A DNA stretch of 64,000 bases from Macrostomum lignano (Eukaryota): the NCBI GenBank assembly GCA_002269645.1, contig NIVC01001176.1, forward strand, positions 62,001-126,000, written 5' to 3'. How positions within the stretch are numbered: the first letter of the stretch is position 1; each line of letters starts with the position of its first letter. This document shows positions 1 through 11,495 of this stretch, piece after piece. The notes beneath the pieces were generated by a model that had not been told where the DNA came from, did not search any database, and saw only the letters and a list, made by a program, of their open reading frames with translations. A program made the translations under genes and the position numbers.

Positions 1-1473
1 CTGTTCCTTTCCCTGTTCCTTTCCCTGTTCCTTTCCCTGTTCCTTTCCCTGTTCCTTTCCCTGTTCCTTTCCCTGTTCCTTTCCCTGTTACTTTCCCTGT
101 TCCTTTCCCTGTTCCTTTCCCTGTTACTTTCCCTGTTCCTTTCCCTGTTACTTTCCCTGTTCCTTTCCCTGTTCCTTTCCCTGTTCCTTTCCCTGTTACT
201 TTCCCTGGTCCTTTCCCTGCTACTTTCCCTGTTACTTTCCCTGTTACTTTCCCTGTTACTTTCCCTGTTTTCTTCCCTGTCTCTTTCCCTGTTCCTTTCC
301 CTGTTCCTTTCCCTGTTCCTTTCCCTGTTCCTTTCCCTGTTCCTTTCCCTGTTCATTTCCCTGTTCCTTTCCCTGTTCCTTTCACTGTTCCTTTCCCTGT
401 TCCTTTCCCTGTTCCTTTCCCTGTTCCTTTCCCTGTTACTTTCCCTGTTCCTTTCCCTGTTCCTTTCCCTGTTCCTTTCCCTGTTCCTTTCCCTGTTCCT
501 TTCCGTGTTCCTTTCCCTGTTCCTTTCCCTGTTCCTTTCCCTGTTCCTTTCCCTGTTACTTTCCCTGTTCCTTTCCCTGTTCCTTTCCCTGTTCCTTTCC
601 CTGTTCCTTTCCCTGTTCCTTTCCCTGTTCCTTTCCCTGTTCCTTTCCCTGTTCCTTTCCCTGTTCCTTTCCCTGTTCCTTTCCCTGTTCCTTTCACTGT
701 TCCTTTCCCTGTTACTTTCCCTGTTCCTTTCCCTGTTCCTTTCCCTGTTCCTTTCCCTGTTCCTTTCCCTGTTACTTTCCCTGTCTATTTCCCTGTTCCT
801 TTCCCTGTTCCTTTCCCTGTTCCTTTCCCTGTTCCTTTCCCTGTTACTTTCCCTGGTCCTTTCCCTGTTACTTTCCCTGTTACTTTCCCTGTTACTTTCC
901 CTGTTTCCTTCCCTGTCTCTTTCCCTGTTCCTTTCCCTGTTCCTTTCCCTGTTCCTTTCCCTGTTCCTTTCCCTGTTACTTTCCCTGTTCCTTTCCCTGT
1001 TCCTTTCCCTGTTCCTTTCCCTGTTACTTTCCCTGTTACTTTCCCTGTTTCCTTCCCTGTTCCTTTCCCTGTTCCTTTCACTGTTCCTTTCCCTGTTCCT
1101 TTCCCTGTTCCTTTCCCTGTTCCTTTCCCTGTTACTTTCCCTGTTCCTTTCCCTGTTACTTTCCCTGTTCCTTTCCCTGTTCCTTTCCCTGTTCCTTTCC
1201 CTGTTCCTTTCCCTGTTCCTTTCCCTGTTCCTTTCCCTGTTCCTTTCCCTGTTCCTTTCCCTGTTACTTTCCCTGTTTCCTTCCCTGTCTCTTTCCCTGT
1301 TCCTTTCCCTGTTCCTTTCCCTGTTACTTTCCCTGTTCCTTTCCCTGTTCCTTTCCCTGTTCCTTTCCGTGTTCCTTTCCCTGTTCCTTTCCCTGTTCCT
1401 TTCCCTGTTCCTTTCCCTGTTCCTTTCCCTGTTCCTTTCCCTGTTCCTTTCCCTGTTCCTTTCCCGTTCCTTC
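1..1473. repeat. 12-bp tandem minisatellite (CTGTTCCTTTCC)n, intronic, runs off the window start
   Basis: About 120 direct copies with variants CTGTTACTTTCC and CTGTCTCTTTCC. Ends about 40 nt before the AG acceptor at 1511-1512. Confidence 0.98.
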
Positions 1474-1512
1474 CTTTCGATGCGAATGCTTCATCGCCCC
1501 GGAATTCCGCAG

Positions 1513-1692
1513 GCCATCTTCATCGCCAATCTGATCTTCTACGAGTCTCGACCGGTCATGGTGCTCGGGGAAGCGATTCCGTTTCCCAAGTGGGCCATCG
1601 GCATCGGCTGGATGATCACAATGTCTTCACTGGTCATGGTGCCCGTGTACTTTTTCTACAAGCTAGCCATCACGCCCGGCACCCTTAAGGAG
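1513..1692 (+). CDS. SLC6 (sodium:neurotransmitter symporter) family, penultimate exon covering TM11 end and TM12
   Basis: Acceptor ccgcAG at 1512, donor GAG|GTGAGC at 1693, 60 codons in phase 0. [11 protein letters not shown]...[37 protein letters not shown] matches the SLC6 TM12 pattern (YPxWxxxIGWxxxxSSxxxIP...GTxxE). Confidence 0.85.
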
Positions 1693-1759
1693 GTGAGCGG
1701 GACTGCGGGAGAACTTTGTCACAACCATGCTCGATTGATTGCAGATCGATGACCGGGGA

Positions 1760-2085
1760 TTTTTGGCTTGGATACCGAATCAAGATTTGGGAGTAGGATC
1801 GGGATGTGAGAGTCTGGTTCGGAGATGGGATCGGGATTCGAAACAAAAAGAGTCTGAGATGGGATTGGGATTCGAGAGAAGAGTCTGAGATGGGATGGGG
1901 ATTCGAGAGAAGAGTCTGAGATGGGATTGGGATTCTGACCAAGGATTCCGAACATAATTATTTTCAAGTTTGGGATTCTGGACAAGGAGCTGGGATCAAG
2001 ATTAGGGATGTGGTAGCAAAATCCAGGATCGGGATTGGGATCGGTTTAGACTACTGAATTGGAATTTCGGATGGGGTTGTTGTTG
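1760..2085. repeat. Degenerate GGGATT-rich repeat, including about 3 copies of a ~31-bp unit, in the SLC6 intron
   Basis: GAGAAGAGTCTGAGATGGGATTGGGATTC recurs at about 1845-1935, with many GGGATT/GGGATC hexamers around it. Confidence 0.65.
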
Positions 2086-2402
2086 CAATCGGAGAGTGTG
2101 AAATACTGAGATGTTCAATTTAGGCTACTGAGGAAAGTAGAGGAATAAAGATTTGAATCGTAAAATCTTTCACATAGCCCGAAAAAAATCGCCATAAAAG
2201 AAACGATTTGCACACACTGAGAGTGGGTTGGGAGAGTACAGCGTGCGGCTGTGGTCAACTGACGAAGGCAAACAAGCCAGAAACCGGTCTCTGTCTGACT
2301 GCACAAGATTCGACCCCCCCTTTAGTTTTATGCGTCACAGAAATAATTCTACCAGTTAGCTTTGATTTGTCCCAATGCTTTTTCTGTGTCAAATTTCTGC
2401 AG

Positions 2403-2537
2403 CGCTTCATGAAGATCAGCCAGCCGGAAGAGCTGCCGCCGCATGTCGAGGTGCTGCCGCTGGAGCTGCTGGGCAGCGGCGCCGGCAAGGCGGATGGCGT
2501 TGAGGACAATCAGCAGCAGGAGCCCACGGCCGTGTGA
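2403..2537 (+). CDS. SLC6 family, terminal coding exon (cytoplasmic C-tail)
   Basis: Acceptor tttctgcAG at 2402. RFMKISQPEELPPHVEVLPLELLG...EPTAV*. Phase 0 joins GTLKE|RF, as in the SLC6 'GTLKE-R' junction. Confidence 0.8.
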   Translation, partial: RFMKISQPEELPPHVEVLPLELLGSGAGKADGVEDNQQQEPTAV

Positions 2538-5323
2538 TGCTGCGCTGATTCATCGTCTTCTGATGGATCTCATTGTGGACTGCCTTCTGAGCGGTTGACT
2601 GTAGGATTGGCTTATTTAACTAGTTTGCAGACTCAACTGTACGTTGAACAGTTCAAGTATATAAATTTCGATCAAGTATGGGGGAAAGTTAACAGATTTA
2701 CCATTCATCAAATGACAGAAATGACAGCTAACTTTATCTACATGTATCTAGACTGGACTTTCATCAAGGAATCTATCGCTGCGATCTGAAATTGAAACTT
2801 AAAAAGATTTCGTTTTCGGAATAGTCCCCCTTTCAGAATTTTAACAACCCAGGTGTAAAAAGCGTGGCTTCGTACTGTTTAGTAGCATGCAGGCTTTTCC
2901 AAACCATACCGTATAAGGAAACAGCTAGTGTGTCAGGGTCAGGGCGTAATGTAACTTATTCTATTATTGACTGTTAAAAAGTTGGGGATATAATGTTAGC
3001 TACTGTTAGTAGTTTTCTTACAACTTTAACTGCCACATTATCTCATTATGATTGGTATTTTTTACTAAATTTCATATATAAAGTACAGTAGTTTTCTTAC
3101 CCGTTTAGCTTCTAGCAATGCCTAAAAAATTAATAGCGCAATAGTTCAGATTCTAGCATATTAATACCACCCTTTGCATGTACTGTAACCGGTTTATAAC
3201 ATGTAAAGTGTTTATTGCACAAACTTTGTACAATGTGGCCTGCTTTTTTAAATAATGTGTCTATATTCTGATAGTACAGCATTTTTTATGCTAGTATATA
3301 CAAAACGAATGCTTGAACTTAAATATTTTTACCTGGAAGACCCGCAGTAGTATAACTTAGCCAATACTTCTAGTTCTACCCTTTCTTATAGTAGAGACTG
3401 CCTCTGTTGAAGAGCTAGCTTATCGATACGCGGTTAGTGTCATGATAATTGATAATTGATAATATCATCATCGTTTTCTAAAACAAACAAAAACGGACAA
3501 TTTTTATTCTTTGTTGTTACCTCTCTACACTAATTCTCATGGACTCGTCTACCCAAATAAGCTGATCATTTGTTATTGAACACTGATTACATGCAATATT
3601 GAATAATATAGTCATTAAATAAGTATTTTTGTGATGCAGTTGCTACACGCGCACGAGCGCGTATTTATCCGAAAAATCATTTATTGTCTTTATTCTCAAG
3701 TTAAGTAAATTCCACTTTTCGCTCTCAGCATTGAAACATAACATTTATTTAGCTACTGATGAAAGATTTTTATCCTTTATTCTATACAGCAGCTCTGCGA
3801 TATTATCGAATTGGCTTACTTTTTCGTGGCGTCCTGCTTACGCGGAGCGTCAAAATTATCCAATGCTAATTAAATCAGCCCAGTATTTTTGCGTATAACC
3901 AACAAGTTGCACGAACTCGTTATTCCATGTCTTTAATTACTTTTAAAACCCCCACCATTTAAAACTTTGCACATTATTATGGCATCGTAATCTGTTTTTT
4001 TTTAACACAATTCGTTATAAGCTAACATTTACTACAGTAACTGACAGTGATTTAGGATTAGAAAAATGCTAAAACTTAGTTAATGCTACTCTAAAGTATT
4101 TGATTTTAGTATGAATTCAATTGAAAATAAATTATTGAAGTGCGTGATGCTTCTCAGTTATTTATCTAATTATACTTAAAAGATATTTCGTTATTTTCTT
4201 AAAATAGTTTTAAAGCTTCAAAGAATCAACAGTATTTAAAGAAAAAAACTAACTTCTTCTTATACAAAAAAATAATTGTATCGTATGCATAGATAAGAGC
4301 CTTCTTTTCATTTGTTATACTGCGATAAAGCGCTAATTGCAATTGGCGATTTATGATTTAATATGGTCGAATTTTAGAAATATTGCGATTCGACTTAATT
4401 AATACAGACAGTGCCAATGCTGCTTGCATATATCGCAGTTAATACGTCAGCTTGATTTTATATACACGAAAAATGAAGGAGATAATATTCTAGTATCCGA
4501 GAAAATCATTTTTGTCTGCTGAAATTCCTGTGCCCATATTCGCAATGCTGCTTGTTTAAAAATCTGGATTTGATATGCCCTGGTAAGGAAATGTTTTCTT
4601 ATTTCCTATTATAAAATTTTACTTGAATATTCATTATGTATTAAGTGTCATTAGCAGCTTTCACTTTTGTAAATTATTTTTTGCATTAATAAATAAGGAC
4701 ATATATACATGTATTATTTTAATCTTTTAAACTCTAAAATTAAAATAAATAGAATTAAAATTATGAGCTAATATCTGTTAATTTTCTAATCTCGTACTAT
4801 TTGTCATCTGCACAATATTAGGACTTTAGCAAGAACTAATTAAATCCATTAAAATTTTCATATGCCGCGCAAAGTGTATTTTCATGAGATAAACACTTTT
4901 TGCTTTACCCAATATCCACCTGAAACAAAATTAGCACGTACAATAAAGTAAGTTATATGACACCATATTTTATTCTTGTATGGTTATGAATTGTAAATAT
5001 TTGTTATTAAATATATTAAACCAGCGTTTACAGTGTACTTCATTCAAGATTCTGAATCGGCTGTGATCCTAGCTATGCAGCATGTTAGCTTACCGAGCAG
5101 CTGCATCTTACCTATCCCCTCGGCGGGAGTGGAAATCAATTTGCCTGATTGGTTTCCGACTGTTACAGCATTTGCAGACTGACTGCCTGAGCCTGAATGG
5201 TGCGATTAATTAACTGATTGTCGTCCCTTTCAGCGAGTGATTGGTTTGGGCAAAGGCAGCATAAATGAAGTGGCAAAGCTAATCAGTCTATTTTTAGTAA
5301 CACTCGCATTTTCTTGTCAACAG

Positions 5324-5500
5324 CGACGGCCCGCCGGTGGTGAACCTGCCGAAGGAGGACGGTCAGGCCGAACTGGCAGCCGCTGGTCCGCCTAAAGCCG
5401 CCGCTGCCAGCGCGGCCGCGAAGGTGAATCACGGAGGAGGCGATCAATGGCAGCAGCCCGGTCGGATTTGGCGCGAAACCAAAGCTAAGAGCACGAGGCG
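5324..5500 (+). CDS. Inward-rectifier K+ channel (Kir), N-terminal coding exon; start codon not located
   Basis: Acceptor ttttcttgtcaacAG at 5323, donor GCG|GTGAGT at 5501. Open frame DGPPVVNLPKEDG...WRETKAKSTR ends in CG, which joins C at 11496 to read R-YKRLVFKNGECN. Confidence 0.75.
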
Positions 5501-5591
5501 GTGAGTTCATGCAATTTTGATGAGTAACAAAAGCGGGTTCATATTTTTCTATTTAAATCATTATACTTCGAGTAGCGCATGACTGCGCATC

Positions 5592-6537
5592 AGAGGAGAC
5601 GGAATAGAGAGGAGAGAGAAGAGTGGAGAGACGAGAGACGAGAGACGAGAGTGGAGAGAGGATAGAGGAGAGAAGAGGATAGAGGAGAGAAGAGGATAGA
5701 GGATAGAGGAAAGAAGAGGATAGAGGAGAGAGGAGGATAGAGGAGAGAGGAGGATAGAGGAGAGAGGAGGATAGAGGAGAGAGGAGGAGAGAGGAGAGAG
5801 GAGGATAGAGGAGAGAGGAGGAGAGAGGAGAGAGGAGGAGAGAGGAGAGAGGAGGAGAGAGAGAGAGGAGGAGAGAGGAGAGAGGAGAGAGAGAGGAGAG
5901 AGGAGGAGAGAGGAGAGAGGAGGAGAGAGGAGAGAGGAGGATAGAGGAGAGAGGAGGAGAGAGGAGAGAGGAGGATAGAGGAGAGAGGAGGAGAGAGGAG
6001 AGAGGAGGAGAGAGGAGAGAGGAGGAGAGAGGAGAGAGGAGAGAGAGGAGAGAGGAGGAGAGAGGAGAGAGGAGGAGAGAGGAGAGAGGAGGAGAGAGGA
6101 GAGAGGAGGAGAGAGAGAGAGGAGGAGAGAGGAGAGAGGAGGAGAGAGGGAGAGAGGAGAGAGGAGAGAGGAGGATAGAGGAGAGAGGAGGAGAGAGGAG
6201 AGAGGAGGAGAGAGGAGAGGAGGAGAGAGGAGAGAGGAGGAGAGAGGAGAGAGGAGGAGAGAGGAGAGAGGAGGAGAGAGGAGAGAGGAGGAGAGAGGAG
6301 AGAGGAGGAGAGAGGAGAGAGGAGGAGAGAGGAGAGAGGAGGAGAGAGGAGAGAGGAGGAGAGAGGAGAGAGGAGGAGAGAGGAGAGAGGAGGAGAGAGG
6401 AGAGAGGAGGAGAGAGGAGAGAGGAGGAGAGAGGAGAGAGGAGGATAGAGGAGAGAGGAGAGAGAGGAGAGAGAGAGAGAGAGGAGAGAGGAGGAGAGAG
6501 GAGAGAGGAGGATAGAGGAGAGAGGAGGATAGAGGAA
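5592..6537. repeat. Polypurine (GAGAGGAG/GAGAGGAGGA)n array in the Kir intron
   Basis: About 940 nt of almost only G/A on the + strand, with occasional GAT variants. Confidence 0.95.
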
Positions 6538-8062
6538 ATTAGAAAGAAGAGATCTTCTAAGAAGACACAAGCCTTGAGCGGGCCGGATTGCTATTGTGAA
6601 GTTTCAGAGGACCAGAGGGCCGGATAGAGAGGCTTCGCAGATCGGAGTTTGCTGACCCCTGCCGACCAGTACTAAACGCACTGACGATACGAAAAGTACA
6701 CGTTCCTTTACGTGCCTCCAGCTCATTTCTAAGAAATTCAAGTGCAGTGTCTTTCTACGACTACTTCAGCTGTCCATGGTTGGTAACCAGCCAGGGGCTT
6801 TATCGACACCTGCCGAAAACCGACCCACAGTCAGTGAGGAGGAGGCAAGCATGTTATGTTAAAGTCATTCCACTGACCCCCCTGAGCATGCGCCCGCACT
6901 CGGATACAGGTGCGTACGCAATCACACGCTCACAGAGTTTGTACATCCACCCTGACTTTCTCATGTATGTACCGTAAACAGGCGGGTAAAAACTCTGAAT
7001 GGCTTAGGTTTGATCCTAGTGAGCATAAATATCTCAACAGGACCCAGGTTAATTTCCGTGCACGAGCCCGAAATTTGATTTGGCTCGCGCTAAATCTTTG
7101 GACCGAGAGTCGGACGCTTTGAACACTGAGCTGTTACTCTCGCCTATACACTGTTTGTTTCGATTACTTTTGTTTCCCTTGTCATTCTTCTCTCTGCCTA
7201 AAAACCAGTTTTTTGTTGCTGTTTAAGTCGCCCGGGAAGTAAATAGCAACCGTTTTCTTTGGTGGCAGTTTTTCGAGTTTCGAATGGGTATTGATTGAGA
7301 ACTCATCGATCTGTGGGGGGCGGCGGCCTCTGTGCCGCCATGACAACAGCCTGAACCCCGCCCTAGAGTTGATCTTCTTCTCTTCACGATTGCTGCTCGA
7401 ATCGAACTGCTAATGCTTACCAAATTCCTGCATTCGATCCTGTTTTCTCGAGACTTCGCTTTGAAATCTGAAAGGGATAGTGTAGGATAGGCAAATGCTT
7501 CTGTCTTCTGCTGTTAACAGTAAATTTGCTCTTCACTTGCTCCTTTTGCCTCTTTTGCGCAGAGTCTGATTGGTGGAGACGAGCGAGGAAGCTTTGATTT
7601 AAATGGAGTTCATTGATAATTAAAAATTGAATATGGGACGCCTCCCAAAGCGCGCACTGGATCACTTTCATAAACCTCGAAATTTCACATCGTCGAAACT
7701 TCATAAGCTAAAGAAATTTCAAAAGTTTGGCAAGAGTTTTTGACAATATGTGAAATTTCGAGCTTGTGAAGTTTCGCTCTAGCTAGACAAAGTAAACTTT
7801 ACCAAGACATTTCGATGATATGAAGTTTCAAGCTTGTGAAAACGACCCCTAAGAACTGGGCTGGGAACGCACTGGGGTGTTGCATAGTTTTGACAAGCTG
7901 ATCAAGAAGCAAGTAATTCATTTTCATATTGTCTAATGAATATCTAATGAGTCCAAGACAAAGTTATAAATACTCACAAGTGAATTTTGTTTTTTTTGAA
8001 TAAGTAAATCTGTAAAGAAGCTGCATGCAGGCACTCTTAAGCCATTATTGTAGGTATATTAT

Positions 8063-10372
8063 TGTAATTAAGACCGTGGGTTGAGTTGCAGTGAAACAAA
8101 ACTTGAGGAGACCTCACTGGCTCACGCCAATTTATTTATTGCCAAAGTTGGGGTGGGTGTAACCACTCTAAGCACGCACACGCTGCAGCGCTAAACCCCA
8201 ACCCCCAAACAAGCCAGACGCGCACATCAAAGTGCACGCGCACCAACAAGCCACCTAGAAGCAAAAGACCCGATTTCCCGAGTCAAGCAAAGCCCGCCAT
8301 GTACAAGTCAGGTGGCCGCCACTCTCTCGCTGACCGCCGCAAAACAGTGACCGGCGCCTGCGGCCGGTCTCGTCCTGGATGCGGTAATTGACCTCGCCCA
8401 GGCGCCTCAGAACTCGGTACGGCCCCTTCCACTTGGCGCTCAGGCACCGCGTCTGACCGCGCTTGACGACGTAGTTGCGAAGCATCACGAGCTGGCCCTC
8501 TTCGAACGGTACGAACCGTGAGTCCTGGTTGGTCAGCCGGTTGCGCTCGACCTGGGCGCTCCGCAGTCGGCCGTGCACCGTGTCGAAAGCGCTCTGCAGG
8601 TTCTCCTGAGTTCGCCGCAGGAAGCCGTGATGTCCACCGTCGGCTGCCAGCCGGTCGCCGCTTATCAGCCAGCTGTCGAGATCCAGCTTCGGTGGCCAGC
8701 CGTGGAGGACCTGGTACGGACTGAGGCCGGTGGTGCTGTGCACGGAGGTGTTGTAGGCCCAGGTCACATACGGCAGCTTGCTGTCCCAGTCCTGATGGTT
8801 CTCGGCCACCGTCGTCGCCAGCATGTCGCCGAGCGTCCGGTTGCCTCGCTCGACGATTCCGTTGCCGCTCGGATGAAACGGCGACGTGCGCGTCTTCTCG
8901 ACGCCCAGCTGCTCGCAGAGCCGGCCGAACACCTCGCTCTCGAATTGCCGTCCCTGGTCACTGTGCAGCACCTGAGGAGCGCCGTGACGCAGAACCACTG
9001 ATTTGAGCAGCGCATCCGCCACCGTCAACGCGTCGATCACCGCCAGGGCTGCCGTCTCCATCAACTTGGAAAAGGCGTCGCACATGCTCAGGATGTACGC
9101 CTTGCTATCAGTCGTACGCGGAAGCGGCCGTTTGATGTCGATCTGCACCAACTGCCACGGGGCCCATCGGCTGGCACGTCGACTGTAGCGGCGCCTTCTG
9201 CGGCTTGGTTGGACTCTTCTTGGCCAGGCAGACCGCGCAGCTGGCCACCCAGTTCTCGACGTCCCGTCGCAGACCAGGCCACCAGCAGCGCTCAGACAAT
9301 CTCACTCCGGTCCTGTCGACGCCGAGGTGTCCGCTCTGGTCGCACGAGTGCGCCTGCTGCAGGAAATGTGGCCGCAGGTGACCGGAAATGACTAGCCGGC
9401 CACCCACCAGCAGGACACCCGCCGAGCTCACCGAGGCCTCGTCCAGCAGTTCGCAAACCTGCGCTGCCACGAATCGGACAGGCTGTCAATCCCTTCGGTC
9501 AGCGCCTGGAACGCCTTGCTCAGCAGCGGGTCTTGCAGTTGCTCCTCGTGCTGGCGGCTGTCGTCCCACCGAGGCTGCAGGCGCGTGCCGGCCACCCGGC
9601 TCAGTGCATCCGGCACGACGTTGTCCCTGCCAGGCCGGTACAGCAGCTTGAACGAAAACTGCTGCAGCGTCGAAAGCCATCGCGCCATCCGACATTCGGG
9701 GTCCTTTGTTGCGAGCAGACCTTGCAGTGGCCGGTGGTCCGAGTAGACTCTGAAGCTCGGGACACTCAGCAGGTACGTCCTAAAGTACTTCAGACTCCAG
9801 ACCAGCACCAGCAGCTCGCGGTCGGTCGCCGAGTAGTTGCGCTCGGCCTTGTTGAGGGTGCGCGAGGCGAACGCCACAGGCAGCTCGGCGTCAGCGTGCA
9901 GCTGGCTGAGCACCGCGCCGACGGCGAACTGACTGCTGTCGCAGCTGAGCACGAACTGCTTGGTGAAATCCGACAGCCTCAGCACCGGAGCCGTCGTCAG
10001 CCGGTCCTTCAACTCGCGGAACGCTCGCTCGCAGTCGCTGCTCCACGCGAAGTCCCTCGATTTCACGCTGACGTCGTGCAAGACCCTCGCCGTCTGGCTG
10101 AAGCCTGGGATGAACCGGCGGTAGAAACCCAGCATTCCGAGAAACCGCTTCACCTCGTCGGTCGTCGTTGGGCTGGGCATGCTGCGAATGGCCTCGACCT
10201 TGCCGGGATCCGGTGCGATGCCCTGCTCGCTGATCAGGTGTCCCAGGTACAGCACCCGGCGATGACCGAACGCGCTCTTGGCCTTGTGCAGCTTGAGTCC
10301 CGCGTCTCCCAACCGCTTAAAAACTTCCGCCAGCCTCTCCAAGTGCTCGTCGAACGTCCTGCTGAAGACAAT
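8063..10372 (-). mobile_element. 5'-truncated, decayed Ty3/gypsy LTR retrotransposon (RT C-term, RNase H, integrase, possible 3' LTR)
   Basis: The pol order RT-RH-IN is gypsy-type. A possible ~240-bp LTR at about 8063-8303 (TGT...ACA on the minus strand, with AATAAATAAA) is tentative. No 5' LTR, gag or protease. Confidence 0.9.
8255..10372 (-). pseudogene. Ty3/gypsy pol remnant with two frameshifts
   Basis: RT begins just after the missing YLDD (IVFSRTFDEHL...YLGH...FLGMLGFYRRFI). RNase H: CDSSQFAVGAVL, DRELL, YSDHRPL. Integrase HHCC: AH..GHLG..CAVC. DDE: QIDI, HSDQG, VERGN. GPY motif present. Frame changes at about 9430-9475 and about 9160. Confidence 0.92.
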
Positions 10373-11495
10373 GAACAATGAGACAATGAGTTCCATTTAA
10401 ATGCATACTAGTAGCTATTCCTACACCTGTCTAAATAATTATAAGTAGAAAATGTTATCAATATCATTTTTTTCAATTTTTATTGACCTAGTCTTTAGAA
10501 AGCCATCAATTTTTAAGCCAAGGCCTGAATGCAACAATATTATTACTAATGTACTTTATTTAAAAAGGAACAAAAACAAAATTTTCACTGGTGAGTAGCT
10601 CGTATTTACAACTTTGACTTGGGCTTATGAAGTAGGAAGAAAACAATAAAAATGAAGCTTTTACGACACAGCTATACAAAATACAACAGAGTAACATACT
10701 GTACATGTTAAATTAAAGGAATGGTAATCTTCACTGCCCTAGAATCAATGCAAATACTGATTTTGGGGATGAAAAAATGATTTTTTCTTATCTTCACAGT
10801 TTCTTTTTTACAAGAAATTGGCCCCCTAAAAAATTAGATCTTTGAGTTTTACGCCCTGTTATACTATAGTGGTCCTTGCTCAAGTGACTTTAGCCTAATT
10901 TTGCCTAATTTAGCCTAACTGACAAGTCCAAAATGCGAGTACGCATGACAATTAGCGGTAAACATAAGCAATAAACATACACGCGTGTATAAAGTACGCG
11001 TGCATTAAATATAATTGGTACTAATCCAGAGAGCTTGGGTTGTGCGATGTATTATAAATTCATTGAATTTACTAACATGACTAATACATGTACGACGCAC
11101 TTAAAGTAGCTAAAAAGCAGATTCAACCACAAGAGTTCTTCACCAGCATACGAGCTAATCGATTTACACCTTCGTAATTGTTTTCGCATTTATCCCAGTG
11201 CGCTTCTGTGGTGGTAGTGCGTGAGTTTTTTGCCTGGGCTCTGTAGTCAAGTACTGGCCATAAAATTGCAGGCGCGATAATCCAGCGCCACCTATTAATG
11301 GGACTCTTCCTGTTAAATAATTGAGGCTAATAGAGAATGTAAGGTGACAGACATTCTCTCAATTTTAAGGCTCTAGAGAACTGAGCCCAATATGGTAGAC
11401 ATTGAGAATCTGAGTGCATTTGGTAAAGTTTGCAGCTGATCTCGGGCGCTATCTAGTAAAGCTCATTCTCTTCTCTGCTTTCCTTCCCCTTACAG

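Noticed and set aside
353-1473. ORFs 353..697, 785..1081 and the N-terminal part of 505..1752 (GKGT/LFLS repeats)
   Set aside because: Translations of the 12-bp array. Only 1513-1692 is a real exon.
5283-5510. 75-aa minus-strand ORF
   Set aside because: Antisense shadow of the plus-strand Kir exon, which has canonical splice sites.
5590-6570. 326-aa Leu/Ser/Pro ORF
   Set aside because: Translation of the GA array.
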